From positions 2,668,001-2,732,000 of the forward strand of contig NC_086101.1 in assembly GCF_963921235.1 (NCBI RefSeq): a stretch of 64,000 nt of DNA, given 5' to 3'. Shown piece by piece: positions 39,126 to 52,433 of this stretch (the first letter of the stretch is position 1; each line of letters begins with the position of its first letter). Made by a program: the position numbers and the translations under genes. The notes under the pieces were generated by a model, which worked only from the letters and a program-made list of their open reading frames with translations, searched no databases and was not told the DNA's origin. This DNA comes from Mobula hypostoma. Lineage: Eukaryota.

Positions 39126-40079
39126 GTGTGAAGAGCTGAGAGTGTGAGGTAAAAATGTGACCTCTAGTTCTAGTCTTACCTAACCTCAGTGGAAAAGCTA
39201 CCTTACCTGGTGAGGGCCTCCGTCGGTCAGAGCTGACGGCGGATATTGCGTCCGAGCTGTCCAGATACGCAAGCCCGGGCAGTACGATATTGGAGAGCAA
39301 GCTGTTGCCCACGTAGCAGGCTGCCCCTCTCCAAGCAACTGATGAACCCAAAGGAACAGCAAAGACCGATAGAGTTTGGTACCGGCGGCATCGCAGGAGT
39401 TGCCAGTCAGCGTTGAACTCAGTGTTGAACTGCCTTAGGGACTGCAGCTCAGGATTTTTCCTCAGGGTTTACTCCCAAAGCCGTCCCCATGAGTGGGTAG
39501 AGCTGCAAGGCAGCGGAGGTTTGAGATCAGTTTCTCTTATCTGGATGAGCTACAAACCAAGGCCGAAGAGCCCCATCTGGACGAAGTGACTAGTTTTAAG
39601 ATGCCAGTAACCTGCCTGTGCCCCTTCCCCTGTCAGCAGAAGCGGATCTACCTACCCATATAATGTGGTATACCTCTATCAAATGGAAGCACCTTCAATA
39701 CAGAAATATTCCATGATTTCACTGAACTACAGACAATAAAGTCTTCGCCCATTCTGACTGCTCGGTCATTTCCCCGATCCCCATCAGTTTCCAGCATCAG
39801 TTGGAAGTGGTCCAACGTCCACTCCAATCTCTGTCTTACCAGCTGTTTCCAGAAAAGCTGTTGGAATCTTTGTTGAAATTATTGGCTCATTCACGCCGCA
39901 AATTTCACATTTGCCCCGTTTACAGCTTGTTTCTGTTGTCACAGGTGCGGCGCCGGACCCCCGGCCTCTGTGCCTGGGGTGCCAGGGCTGGGCTTACAGG
40001 ACCGGGGATGTACTTGACCTCAGGGTGGCGGTGCGGGGCAGTCGTCAGGGCTAATTGTCTCTTTGCCCCCAACCCACAG

Positions 40080-40145
40080 GAACGCCAGCTCAGCGGACGG
40101 TGGCCGCAGCAGTCGGTCTGCTGAATGGTGGGAAGACGATGACGT
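40080..40145 (+). CDS. Microexon C1, phase 2-2: 36 nt to 40115 (NASSADGGRSS-R) or 66 nt to 40145 (adds SAEWWEDDD-V)
   Basis: gctaattgtctctttgcccccaacccacag|G; two in-frame donors, CG|gtctgc (weak) and GT|gtaagt (strong). Confidence 0.55.
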
Positions 40146-40383
40146 GTAAGTGGGAAATGTGACTTCACACACCGACCAGCTGACCAGGATCACTGGCCGG
40201 TTCCTCGTGACCATGCCCGTGAAATATTCCTCCCCGCGGTGAAGCTGCGGCCCGTGGCTGGTTTGTGGAACTGTTCCCCATGACTGTGCCTGTGAAATAA
40301 TCCTCTCTGCCCGAATCCCCTGCACCTTGGCTGCTTAGTGGAACCGATTCCCAAGGCAGCTGCCTCCCAACAGCCCAGTTGTT

Positions 40384-40666
40384 TTAAGAATAAGGGGGAG
40401 GCCATTTAGAACGGAGTTGGGGAAAAACTTTTTCACCCAGAGAGTGGTGGATATATGGAATGCTCTGCCCCAGAAGGCTGTGGAGGCCAAGTCTCTGGAT
40501 GCTTTCAAAAAAGAGATGGATAGACCTCTTAAAGATAGCAGAATCAAAGGTTATGGGGATAAGGCAGGAACTGGATACTGATTGTGGATGATCAGCCATG
40601 ATCACAGTGAATGGCGGTACCGGCTCGAAGGGCCGAATGGCCTACTCCCGCACCTATTGTCTATTG
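40384..40666 (+). mobile_element. CR1 3' end (also at ~47614 and ~55200)
   Basis: Nearly identical to 2905-3189. Confidence 0.9.
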
Positions 40667-40816
40667 TTCTCACACATCTCCCAGTCACACTTCGCAGCTG
40701 AGTGGCTGTGTTGTGTGCATCCTCTGCACCGTCTCACCTAAAGGCAGCACCTCACCCTCTCACACCGCGGACATCGGTGTTATGGGAGGAGGCATTGCCT
40801 GTGTATTGCTGAGAGA

Positions 40817-41441
40817 CACCGCTCCGTGTCCCTGAGCCGTCACCGCTCGGTGTCCCTGAGTCGATACCGCTCGGTGTCCCTGAGCCGACACCGCTCCGTG
40901 TCCCCGAGCCGATACCGCTCGGTGTCCCTGAGCCGACACCGCTCCGTGTCCCTGAGCCGACACCGCTCCGTGTCCCTGAGCCGTCACCTCTCCGTGTCCC
41001 TGAGCCGTCACCTCTCCGTGTCCCTGAGCCGTCACCGCTCTGTGTCCCTGAGCCGTCCCGCTCCGTGTCCCACCCCTCCGTGTCCCTGAGCCGTCACCGC
41101 TCCGTGTCCCTGAGCCGTCACCGCTCCGTGTCCCTGAGCCGACACCGCTCCGTGTCCCTGAGCCGACACCCCTTCGTGTCCCTGAGCCGTCACGGCTCCG
41201 TGTCCCTGAGCCGTCACCGTTCCGTGTCCCTGAGCCGACACCTCTCCGTGTCCCTGAGCCGTCACCGCTCCGTGTCCCTGAGCCGACACCGCTCCGTGTC
41301 CTTCAGCCGACATCTCTCCGTGTCCCTGAGCCGTCACCGCTCCGTGTCCCTGAGCCGGTCCGATCCGTGTCCCACCCCTCCGTGTCCCTGAGCCGACACC
41401 GCTCCGTGTCCCTGAGCCGTCCCGCTCCGTGTCCCTGAGCG
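40817..41441. repeat. 24-bp CpG-rich minisatellite (CCGTGTCCCTGAGCCGTCACCGCT)n, copy 1, ~26 units
   Basis: Directly visible; 8-aa period SLSRHRSV in the ORF track. Confidence 0.95.
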
Positions 41442-41488
41442 TCCTACCTTACACACAGACCCTTTTCATTCTTTTCTTTCTCGAACAG

Positions 41489-41524
41489 GAATCCAACTGA
41501 GGGATATTCGGGTGGGACTGATGG
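41489..41524 (+). CDS. Microexon D1, 36 nt, phase 2-2: NPTEGYSGGTD(G)
   Basis: cttttcattcttttctttctcgaacag|G...GATGG|gtaagt; the phase-0 frame contains TGA, the phase-2 frame is open. Confidence 0.7.
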
Positions 41525-44083
41525 GTAAGTGCGTCCGTGAGCACAGTGGTCACTGAATGAAAGGTGATGCAGATCTGGATGGGTGGTCAGGCTGACGGAG
41601 GGCGCTCCAGTGGTAAGAGATGGAAGCTAAGGGGAATGAATGGTGTGAACAGTTTGTTTTGGCTCCGGTGGTGAATGCCCGAACCGGATTTGGTCACAGA
41701 TCTCCGAATTCTCAGAGTTCCCTGATAGATTTCTCAGGCGAAATCTCCCTTGATCAAAACCGAGCCGACTTCATTCTATTTCGTCCAAGTACTCGGAAAT
41801 TTTATCCTTAATGACTGTAAAAACTTACCATGGGTAGAGAAAATAGCAACTGTCCATAAGACTAAAAGAACACGACTTCGCCATTCCATCACGGCTGATT
41901 TATTATCCCTCTCAACGCCATTTTTCAGCCTTCTTCCTGTGACCTTCAGTAATTACGAAACTATCAACATCCGTTTTAAATATACCCAGTGGGCTGGCTG
42001 TTTGTGACAATGAAATCCACAGATTCACCACCCCCGGCTAAATTGCTTCTTGTCTCTGTTCCAGAGGGAGGTCCCTGCATTCTGAGACTCCCTCACTCTC
42101 GGAAACTTCCTCTCAACGTGCACTCTGACCAGGCCTTTCGATATTTGATAGGTTTCAGTGAGGTCACTCCTCATTCTTCTAAACTCCAGTGGGTACCCGG
42201 AGTCTTCAATACATTAACCCTTCCATTCCCAGAATCATTCTCGTGAGCATCCCCAGACCTTCTCCAATGTCAGTACATCACTTCATTGATAAGTGATTCA
42301 AAACTGCTCACAATACTCCAAGTGCTTTCTGACTAATGTTTTATAAAGCCTGAACATTACGTCCTCATCCTCTCGAAATGAATGCTAACAATGCATTTAC
42401 CTTCCTCATCACTGACCCAATCTGCAAATTGACCTCCCAAGCCCCTGTGCGCTTCCAATTTTTGAATTTTCTCTGCGTTCAGAAAATAGTCTGCACCATT
42501 CTTCCTTTTACCAAAGTGTATGACCACACACTTTTCTACACTATATTTCACCTGACACATCTTTGCTCATTGTCCTAACCTGTCCAGTACCTTTTCAGAT
42601 TTCCTGCTTCCTCGAGTGAAGTCAAGTCACTTCTTATTGTCATTTCAACCATACCTGCTGGTACAGTACACAGTAAAAACGAGATGACGTTTTTCAGGAC
42701 CATGGAGCTACATGAACAATACAAAAACTACACTGAACTACGTAAAAAAAACACACATAAAACTACACCAGACTACAGACCTATCTGCCCGTCTATCTTT
42801 GCACTGTCTGCAAAAATAGCCATAGAGCCGTTAATTTTGCTGTCTAAATCCTTGAGATCTAACACCAAGAGAAGCAGCCCCAACACTGACTGCTGATGAA
42901 TGTCACTAGTCAGCGGCAGCCAACTAGAAAAGGCCTATTTTATTGCGTGCCTCCAACTACCTCGAAACCTCATCCTTAATAATGAGTACCAACATCTTCC
43001 CAAACACTGAAGTCTGGCTAACTGGTCTATAGTTTCTTGCCTTTCGCCTCCCTCCCTCTTAAAAAGTGGAGTGGCAGTTATAATTCTGGAAGTATTCTAG
43101 CATCTAATTGCTCTTCGGGTCATAGCGTAATGGCGTAATAGAAAAGTACAGCATAGAAACAGGCCCTTGAACCCATCTAGTCCATGTGGAATCATTTAAA
43201 CTGCCTAGTCCTGTACCTGAACCATAGTCCTCCACATCTCTACTATCCATGTCTCTATTCAAACTTCTCTGAAACTTTGAAATCGACCTTGTTCTGGCAG
43301 CTCGTTCCACACTCTCACAATGTTCTGAGTGAAGAAGTGACACTCCACCCGCCCCCCACCATGTTCCCTTAAACTCTTCACCTTAATCCCTTAACCCATG
43401 ACCTCTGGTTGCGGTCCCACAGAGCCTTAGTGGAAAAAGCCAGCTTGCTTTTACCCTTTCCATACCCCTCATAATTTTTTATACCTCTATCAAATGTCCT
43501 CTCAATCTTCTGCATTCCATGGAATAAAATCCGAATTTATTCAAACTCTCCTTACAACTCAGATTCTCTAGATCTGGCAATATCCTTGTAAATTTCCACT
43601 GTTCTCTTTCAATCTTTCCTGTAGGTAGGTGGCCAAGGCTGCACACAACACTCCAAGTTAGGCCTCACCAGTGTCTTATGTAACTTCAACAGGATCTCTC
43701 ATTTCCTGTACGTTGATTTATGAAGGCTAATGTACCAAAAGCTTTCTTTACGACCCTGTCTACCTGTGATTCCATTTGCAATGCATTATGGACCTGTATT
43801 CTAAGATCATAACCCGTGTCCATTGGGTGTTTTGTGGAATTGATTATCTCCGCGTTGACTCCCAACAACACATTTGTTCTTACACGTCCTTCAGTGTAGA
43901 GCTGTGAGTCTGTCACACAGGGAGTTTCACGGCGTTCCCATCTGAAGACGGCACTCCACTCCCACAGACGGTGAAGCTGAGTGTTTTGGGAGGGGCGGTG
44001 TGTACCTGCATCGCACCGTGTCTCTGATAGCCCCACCCTGCGGCACACACACTCTCATTCTTTCCCTTCACATTCTGACGTAG

Positions 44084-44125
44084 GGGCATATTCGGAGGTG
44101 GCAGGATGAGACGCTCTGACAGCGG
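44084..44125 (+). CDS. Microexon A2: (G)GIFGGGRMRRSDS(G)
   Basis: Duplicate of A1 with an R-to-G change; splice sites intact. Confidence 0.62.
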
Positions 44126-44814
44126 GTAAGTGACGGTGGGAAGACGTGTCTGTGACCGGCTCGGAAAATGAACCGAACGCAGCCCCTGCTGAAGGAGAAT
44201 GTGGTTAATGTTTAATGAGGGCATTTGGAGACAGAGAGAGAAAGAGAGAGTGAGAGAGGGAGAGAGGAAGATAAAGGGGGCATGGAGAGGGACATGGTGA
44301 GATAGAGGGAGACGGAGTTGGAGATAGGGAGGAAGAGGGAGATGAAGACACAGGGGGTGAGGGAGAAGGAGAGGGAGAGGGTGAACGAGGTGGAGAAGGA
44401 AATGCAGAGGGAGAGAATCAGAAAGGGAATGGGGGATGAAAAATTTGTGAAATACAGGAGGAAAATCTCCAGAGACCCAACAGCAAAGTGAAGGGGGTGG
44501 AAATATCCCGTGGGTCAGACAGTGTGCTTCGGGGACAGAGAAACGGGGTCAGTGTCCCAGGGAACTCTACCGTTGGACTGTCAAGTTCTGGCAGGGACGA
44601 TGGAAACTGGAAGTGTGGAGCTTGACATTGAGTCCTGAAGTCTGCAAGGTTCCCAGATGGAAGGTGGGCTGGTGGTCCCCGGGCTTCCACTCAGCAGCTC
44701 TGGAAGAGTTGAGAAGTTGGGTGGGAGTGAGATTGTGGTGTGTGGGCTGAGACTGATGGGTAATCGGAGGATGAGGGGTCCCTAATTCTTTATTTTCTCC
44801 ACAATCCCAAACAG

Positions 44815-44847
44815 TTCCTCAGATGCCAGCAGTGGGATGTTGCCAGG
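44815..44847 (+). CDS. Microexon B2
   Basis: Identical to B1. Confidence 0.62.
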
Positions 44848-47309
44848 GTAAGTCGATGTGGAACATTGTGTCAATGAGCCGGACGGTGACTGAACGGGAG
44901 ACACTGCAGTATCGGTTGGCTGCTCTTGTGACAAATGGGTGGGGGAGATCTGATTGTGAGAGACACAAGCCCCTCCTCACACTGCTCGTCCAAGGGGAAG
45001 GAATGGTGTGAAAATCTTCTCTCTTATTTCGTAGTAAATGCCCAAGCTTGGTGTGATCACGGAGCCCTGGCATCGATCTTGGGGTTGCTCAGAGAACCCA
45101 ACAGATTTTCAGTCACAGTCTCCCCTTATACAAACTGGGTTTTAGCCTATCCTGTTATTAAAAGAATAGTAGTCCGAAATTCCACCCTGCACAATAATTG
45201 TAAAATGTTAACAGCCATGAAGGTGAGAGAGACTGTATTTCCTTTGTTTTGCTTCCTTCCCTCGTGAAACAGCTTTGTTTGGTTTGCCAATTTCCAGTGC
45301 TCTGTGATTTCCCCTGACTCCTGTTGTTCCTGAAAGGGCAGTACTATTCGGATTTACTTAGCCTTCTCCCACAGAAGCCTGGTGTGTTGTGCCGCTGGTC
45401 GAGGAGATTTACTCCTTTTCATGTGTTTCATCTTCACTAACAGGTTGTACATTCCCAATGCCTCTCACTTCTGCTCCTGACTCTCCTGATTTTCAGGCAT
45501 AGTTCTGGTCTCTTCCCATTTGAAGACGGGCGTAATGTGCTCACTTTGAATCACAGAGTTACAGACACTACTGCAGAGAAAGAGGTCCTGCTGGTCGATG
45601 TACCTTTCCAAACTAATCCTAAGTGTTGCAGCTGGATCCACATCCAGGGTTTTTTCAGTAGCTCAGTATCTGAGTGAAGCTCCCCTCAAATATTTTCCAC
45701 CATTCAGTCAGAAATATTGTCCTCTGGTTGTCGTCTTCGTTCTAGCACTTCACACTCTATCTGATACAGATCTCCAGTATTGCTCTGGTTCCCAGCATTG
45801 TGTGGTTCGTCCCGGCCTTAGCTTTGAGATATTCCTGTCGGCACAGAATCACAATCCATGGCCCATGGGTGGTGTGTGGAATTGACTACCTGTGAAATAT
45901 TCCTCTCAGCGCAGAACTTATGGCCTTTGGTTGGATTGTGGAAAGAGAACATCTCTGATTTCCTGGAATGGAAAGTGATGTCCTGGGAGCGGATGGGGTG
46001 AAGCAAAGAAACTGAGAAAAGGGAACAGCATTCTTGGAGGAGATAGGGTGGGAAGAGGTGTTATCGAGGTAACTGTGGGATTTATGTTGATGCACAGTTT
46101 GTCTCCAGAGATGCAGACAGAGAGGGTTAGGAATGGGAAGGAGATGGGCCAAGTGAATTGAAGGGCAAGGTGGAAATTGGAGGCCAAGTTGATAAAATTG
46201 ATGAGCTCAGCATGGCTGTACGAAGCTGCACCAATGCAGTCGTCTGGGTAGTGGAGGAAGAGTTAGGGAGTGTAACCGAACTTCAACGATTCAACACAGC
46301 CAACAAACAGGCAGGCCATGAGACTGCCCATGGACATGCCTCGAGTTTGGAGAGAGTGTGAAGAGCTGAGAGTGCGAGGGAAAAATGTGACCTCCAGTTC
46401 TAGTCTTACCTAACCTCAGTGGAAAAGCTACCTTACCTGGTGAGGGCCTCCGTCGGTCAGAGCTGACGGCGGATATTGCGTCCGAGCTGTCCAGATACGC
46501 AAGCCCGGGCAGTACGATATTGGAGAGCAAGCTGTTGCCCACGTAGCAGGCTGCCCCTCTCCAAGCAACTGATGAACCCAAAGGAACAGCAAAGACCGAT
46601 AGAGTTTGGTACCGGCGGCATCGCAGGAGTTGCCAGTCAGCGTTGAACTCAGTGTTGAACTGCCTTAGGGACTGCAGCTCAGGATTTTTCCTCAGGGTTT
46701 ACTCCCAAAGCCGTCCCCATGAGTGGGTAGAGCTGCAAGGCAGCGGAGGTTTGAGATCAGTTTCTCTTATCTGGATGAGCTACAAACCAAGGCCGGAGAG
46801 CCCCATCTGGACGAAGTGACTAGTTTTAAGATGCCAGTAACCTGCCTGTGCCCCTTCCCCTGTCAGCAGAAGCGGATCTACCTACCCATATAATGTGGTA
46901 TACCTCTATCAAATGGAAGCACCTTCAATACAGAAATATTCCATGATTTCACTGAACTACAGACAATAAAGTCTTCGCCCATTCTGACTGTTCGGTCATT
47001 TCCCCGATCCCCATCAGTTTCCAGCATCAGTTGGAAGTGGTCCAACGTCCACTCCAATCTCTGTCTTACCAGCTGTTTCCAGAAAAGCTGTTGGAATCTT
47101 TGTTGAAATTATTGGCTCATTCACGCCGCAAGTTTCACATTTCCCTCGTTTACAGCTTGTTTCTGTTGTCACAGGTGCGGCGCCGGACCCCCGGCCTCTG
47201 TGCCTGGGGTGCCAGGGCTGGGCTTACAGGACCGGGGATGTACTTGACCTCAGGGTGGCGGTGCGGGGCAGTCGTCAGGGCTAATTGTCTCTTTGCCCCC
47301 CACCCACAG

Positions 47310-47375
47310 GAACGCCAGCTCAGCGGACGGTGGCCGCAGCAGTCGGTCTGCTGAATGGTGGGAAGACGATGACGT
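47310..47375 (+). CDS. Microexon C2 (short form ends at 47345)
   Basis: Identical to C1. Confidence 0.5.
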
Positions 47376-48046
47376 GTAAGTGGGAAATGTGACTTCACAC
47401 ACCGACCAGCTGACCAGGATCACTGGCCGGTTCCTCGTGACCATGCCCGTGAAATATTCCTCCCCGCGGTGAAGCTGCGGCCCGTGGCTGGTTTGTGGAA
47501 CTGTTCCCCATGACTGTGCCTGTGAAACAATCCTCTCTGCCCGAATCCCCTGCACCTTGGCTGCTTAGTGGAACCGATTCCCAAGGCAGCTGCCTCCCAA
47601 CAGCCCAGTTGTTTTAAGAATAAGGGGGAGGCCATTTAGAACGGAGTTGAGGAAAAACTTTTTCACCCAGAGAGTGGTGGATATATGGAATGCTCTGCCC
47701 CAGAAGGCTGTGGAGGCCAAGTGTCTGGATGCTTTCAAAAAAGAGATGGATAGAGCTCTTAAAGATAGTGGAATCAAAGGTTATGGGGATAAGGCAGGAA
47801 CTGGATACTGATAGTGGATGATCAGCCGTGATCACAGTGAATGGCGGTACCGGCTCGAAGGGCCAAATGGCCTACTCCCGCACCTATTGTCTATTGTTCT
47901 CACACATCTCCCAGTCACACTTCGCAACTGAGTGGCTGTGTTGTGTGCATCCTCTGCACCGTCTCACCTAAAGGCAGCACCTCACCCTCTCACACCGCGG
48001 ACATCGGTGTTATGGGAGGAGGCATTGCCTGTGTATTGCTGAGAGA

Positions 48047-49029
48047 CACCGCTCCGTGTCCCTGAGCCGACACCGCTCGGTGTCCCTGAGTCGACACCGC
48101 TCGGTGTCCCTGAGCGGACACCTCTCCGTGTCCCCGAGCCGATACCGCTCGGTGTCCCTGAGCCGACACCGCTACGTGTCCCTGAGCCGACACCGCTCCG
48201 TGTCCCTGAGCCGTCACCTCTCCGTGTCCCTGAGCCGTCACCTCTCCGTGTCCCTGAGCCGTCACCGCTCTGTGTCCCTGAGCCGTCCCGCTCCGTGTCC
48301 CACCCCTCCGTGTCCCTGAGCCGTCACCGCTCCGTGTCCCTGAGCCGTCACCGCTCCGTGTCCCTGAGCCGACACCGCTCCGTGTCCCTGAGCCGACACC
48401 CCTTCGTGTCCCTGAGCCGTCACGGCTCCGTGTCCCTGAGCCGTCACCGTTCCGTGTCCCTGAGCCGACACCTCTCCGTGTCCCTGAGCCGTCACCGCTC
48501 CGTGTCCCTGAGCCGACACCGCTCCGTGTCCTTCAGCCGACATCTCTCCGTGTCCCTGAGCCGTCACCGCTCCGTGTCCCTGAGCCGGTCCGATCCGTGT
48601 CCCACCCCTCCGTGTCCCTGAGCCGACACCGCTCCGTGTCCCTGAGCCGACACCCCTTCGTGTCCCTGAGCCGTCACCGCTCCGTGTCCCTGAGTCGTCA
48701 CCGCTCCGTGTCCCTGAGCCGTCACCGCTCCGTGTCCCTGAGCCGTCCCGCTCCGTGTCCCTGAGCCGACACCGCTCCGTGTCCCTGAGCCGTCACCTCT
48801 CCGTGTCCCTGAGCCGACACCGCTCGATGTCCCTGAGCCGTCACCGCTCGGTGTCCCTGAGCCGTCAGCGCTCCGTGTCCCTCAGCCGACACCGCTCCGT
48901 GTCCCTGAGCCGTCACCTCTCCGTGTCCCTGAGCCGTCACCTCTCCGTGTCCCTGAGCCGACACCGCTCGGTGTCCCTGAGCCGTCGCGCTCCTTGTCCG
49001 TGAGCCGTCCCGCTCCGTGTCCCTGAGCG
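48047..49029. repeat. 24-bp minisatellite, copy 2, ~41 units
   Basis: Directly visible. Confidence 0.95.
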
Positions 49030-49076
49030 TCCTACCTTACACACAGACCCTTTTCATTCTTTTCTTTCTCGAACAG

Positions 49077-49112
49077 GAATCCAACTGAGGGATATTCGGG
49101 TGGGACTGATGG
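49077..49112 (+). CDS. Microexon D2
   Basis: Identical to D1. Confidence 0.62.
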
Positions 49113-51669
49113 GTAAGTGCGTCCGTGAGCACGGTGGTCACTGAATGAAAGGTGATGCAGATCTGGATGGGTGGTCAGGCTGACGGAGGGCGCTCCAGTG
49201 GTAAGAGATGGAAGCTAAGGGGAATGAATGGTGTGAACAGTTTGTTTTGGCTCCGGTGGTGAATGCCCGAACCGGATTTGGTCACAGATCTCCGAATTCT
49301 CAGAGTTCCCTGATAGATTTCTCAGGCGAAATCTCCCTTGATCAAAACCGAGCCGACTTCATTCTATTTCGTCCAAGTACTCGGAAATTTTATCCTTAAT
49401 GACTGTAAAAACTTACCATGGGTAGAGAAAATAGCAACTGTCCATAAGACTAAAAGAACACGACTTCGCCATTCCATCACGGCTGATTTATTATCCCTCT
49501 CAACGCCATTTTTCAGCCTTCTTCCTGTGACCTTCAGTAATTACGAAACTATCAACATCCGTTTTAAATATACCCAGTGGGCTGGCTGTTTGTGACAATG
49601 AAATCCACAGATTCACCACCCCCGGCTAAATTGCTTCTTGTCTCTGTTCCAGAGGGAGGTCCCTGCATTCTGAGACTCCCTCACTCTCGGAAACTTCCTC
49701 TCAACGTGCACTCTGACCAGGCCTTTCGATATTTGATAGGTTTCAGTGAGGTCACTCCTCATTCTTCTAAACTCCAGTGGGTACCCGGAGTCTTCAATAC
49801 ATTAACCCTTCCATTCCCAGAATCATTCTCGTGAGCATCCCCAGACCTTCTCCAATGTCAGTACATCACTTCATTGATAAGTGATTCAAAACTGCTCACA
49901 ATACTCCAAGTGCTTTCTGACTAATGTTTTATAAAGCCTGAACATTACGTCCTCATCCTCTCGAAATGAATGCTAACAATGCATTTACCTTCCTCATCAC
50001 TGACCCAATCTGCAAATTGACCTCCCAAGCCCCTGTGCGCTTCCAATTTTTGAATTTTCTCTGCGTTCAGAAAATAGTCTGCACCATTCTTCCTTTTACC
50101 AAAGTGTATGACCACACACTTTTCTACACTATATTTCACCTGACACATCTTTGCTCATTGTCCTAACCTGTCCAGTACCTTTTCAGATTTCCTGCTTCCT
50201 CGAGTGAAGTCAAGTCACTTCTTATTGTCATTTCAACCATACCTGCTGGTACAGTACACAGTAAAAACGAGATGACGTTTTTCAGGACCATGGAGCTACA
50301 TGAACAATACAAAAACTACACTGAACTACGTAAAAAAACACACACAAAACTACACCAGACAACAGACCTATCTGCCCGTCTATCTTTGCACTGTCTGCAA
50401 AAATAGCCATAGAGCCGTTAATTTTGCTATCTAAATCCTTGAGATCTAACACCAAGAGAAGCAGCCCCAACACTGACTGCTGATGAATGTCACTAGTCAG
50501 CGGCAGCCAACTAGAAAAGGCCTATTTTATTGCGTGCCTCCAACTGCCTCGAAACCTCATCCTTAATAATGAGTACCAACATCTTCCCAAACACTGAAGT
50601 CTGGCTAACTGGTCTATAGTTTCTTGCCTTTCGCCTCCCTCCCTCTTAAAAAGTGGAGTGGCAGTTATAACTCTGGAAGTATTCTAGCATCTAATTGCTC
50701 TTCGGGTCATAGCGTAATGGCATAATAGAAAAGTACAGCATAGAAACAGGCCCTTGAACCCATCTAGTCCATGTGGAATCATTTAAACTGCCTAGTCCTG
50801 TACCTGAACCATAGTCCTCCACATCTCTACTATCCATGTCTCTATTCAAACTTCTCTGAAACTTTGAAATCGACCTTGTTCTGGCAGCTCGTTCCACACT
50901 CTCACAATGTTCTGAGTGAAGAAGTGACACTCCACCCCCCCCCACCATGTTCCCTTAAACTCTTCACCTTAATCCCTTAACCCATGACCTCTGGTTGCAG
51001 TCCCACAGAGCCTTAGTGGAAAAAGCCAGCTTGCTTTTACCCTTTCCATACCCCTCATAATTTTTTATACCTCTATCAAATGTCCTCTCAATCTTCTGCA
51101 TTCCATGGAATAAAATCCGAATTTATTCAAACTCTCCTTACAACTCAGATTCTCTAGATCTGGCAATATCCTTGTAAATTTCCACTGTTCTCTTTCAATC
51201 TTTCCTGTAGGTAGGTGGCCAAGGCTGCACACAACACTCCAAGTTAGGCCTCACCAGTGTCTTATGTAACTTCAACAGGATCTCTCATTTCCTGTACGTT
51301 GATTTATGAAGGCTAATGTACCAAAAGCTTTCTTTACGACCCTGTCTACCTGTGATTCCATTTGCAATGCATTATGGACCTGTATTCTAAGATCATAACC
51401 CGTGTCCATTGGGTGTTTTGTGGAATTGATTATCTCCGCGTTGACTCCCAACAACACATTTGTTCTTACACGTCCTTCAGTGTAGAGCTGTGAGTCTGTC
51501 ACACAGGGAGTTTCACGGCGTTCCCATCTGAAGACGGCACTCCACTCCCACAGACGGTGAAGCTGAGTGTTTTGGGAGGGGCGGTGTGTACCTGCATCGC
51601 ACCGTGTCTCTGATAGCCCCACCCTGCGGCACACACACTCTCATTCTTTCCCTTCACATTCTGACGTAG

Positions 51670-51711
51670 GGGCATATTCGGAGGTGGCAGGATGAGACGC
51701 TCTGACAGCGG
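51670..51711 (+). CDS. Microexon A3
   Basis: Identical to A2. Confidence 0.62.
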
Positions 51712-52400
51712 GTAAGTGACGGTGGGAAGACGTGTCTGTGACCGGCTCGGAAAATGAACCGAACGCAGCCCCTGCTGAAGGAGAATGTGGTTAATGTTTA
51801 ATGAGGGCATTTGGAGACAGAGAGAGAAAGAGAGAGTGAGAGAGGGAGAGAGGAAGATAAAGGGGGCATGGAGAGGGACATGGTGAGATAGAGGGAGACG
51901 GAGTTGGAGATAGGGAGGAAGAGGGAGATGAAGACACAGGGGGTGAGGGAGAAGGAGAGGGAGAGGGTGAACGAGGTGGAGAAGGAAATGCAGAGGGAGA
52001 GAATCAGAAAGGGAATGGGGGATGAAAAATTTGTGAAATACAGGAGGAAAATCTCCAGAGACCCAACAGCAAAGTGAAGGGGGTGGAAATATCCCGTGGG
52101 TCAGACAGTGTGCTTCGGGGACAGAGAAACGGGGTCAGTGTCCCAGGGAACTCTACCGTTGGACTGTCAAGTTCTGGCAGGGACGATGGAAACTGGAAGT
52201 GTGGAGCTTGACATTGAGTCCTGAAGTCTGCAAGGTTCCCAGATGGAAGGTGGGCTGGTGGTCCCCGGGCTTCCACTCAGCAGCTCTGGAAGAGTTGAGA
52301 AGTTGGGTGGGAGTGAGATTGTGGTGTGTGGGCTGAGACTGATGGGTAATCGGAGGATGAGGGGTCCCTAATTCTTTATTTTCTCCACAATCCCAAACAG

Positions 52401-52433
52401 TTCCTCAGATGCCAGCAGTGGGATGTTGCCAGG
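52401..52433 (+). CDS. Microexon B3
   Basis: Identical to B1. Confidence 0.62.

Larger units (their letters stand above)
36818..43808 (+). repeat. Tandem segmental duplication, copy 1
   Basis: Near-identical to 44052-51394 and 51638-58717; identical ORF sets recur at offsets of ~7234 and ~7586. Confidence 0.97.
44052..51394 (+). repeat. Tandem segmental duplication, copy 2
   Basis: As copy 1; longer because of a minisatellite expansion. Confidence 0.97.

Noticed and set aside
40817..41441. CRISPR-like array or (SLSRHRSV)n protein
   Set aside because: No unique spacers and a eukaryotic context; it is a plain minisatellite.
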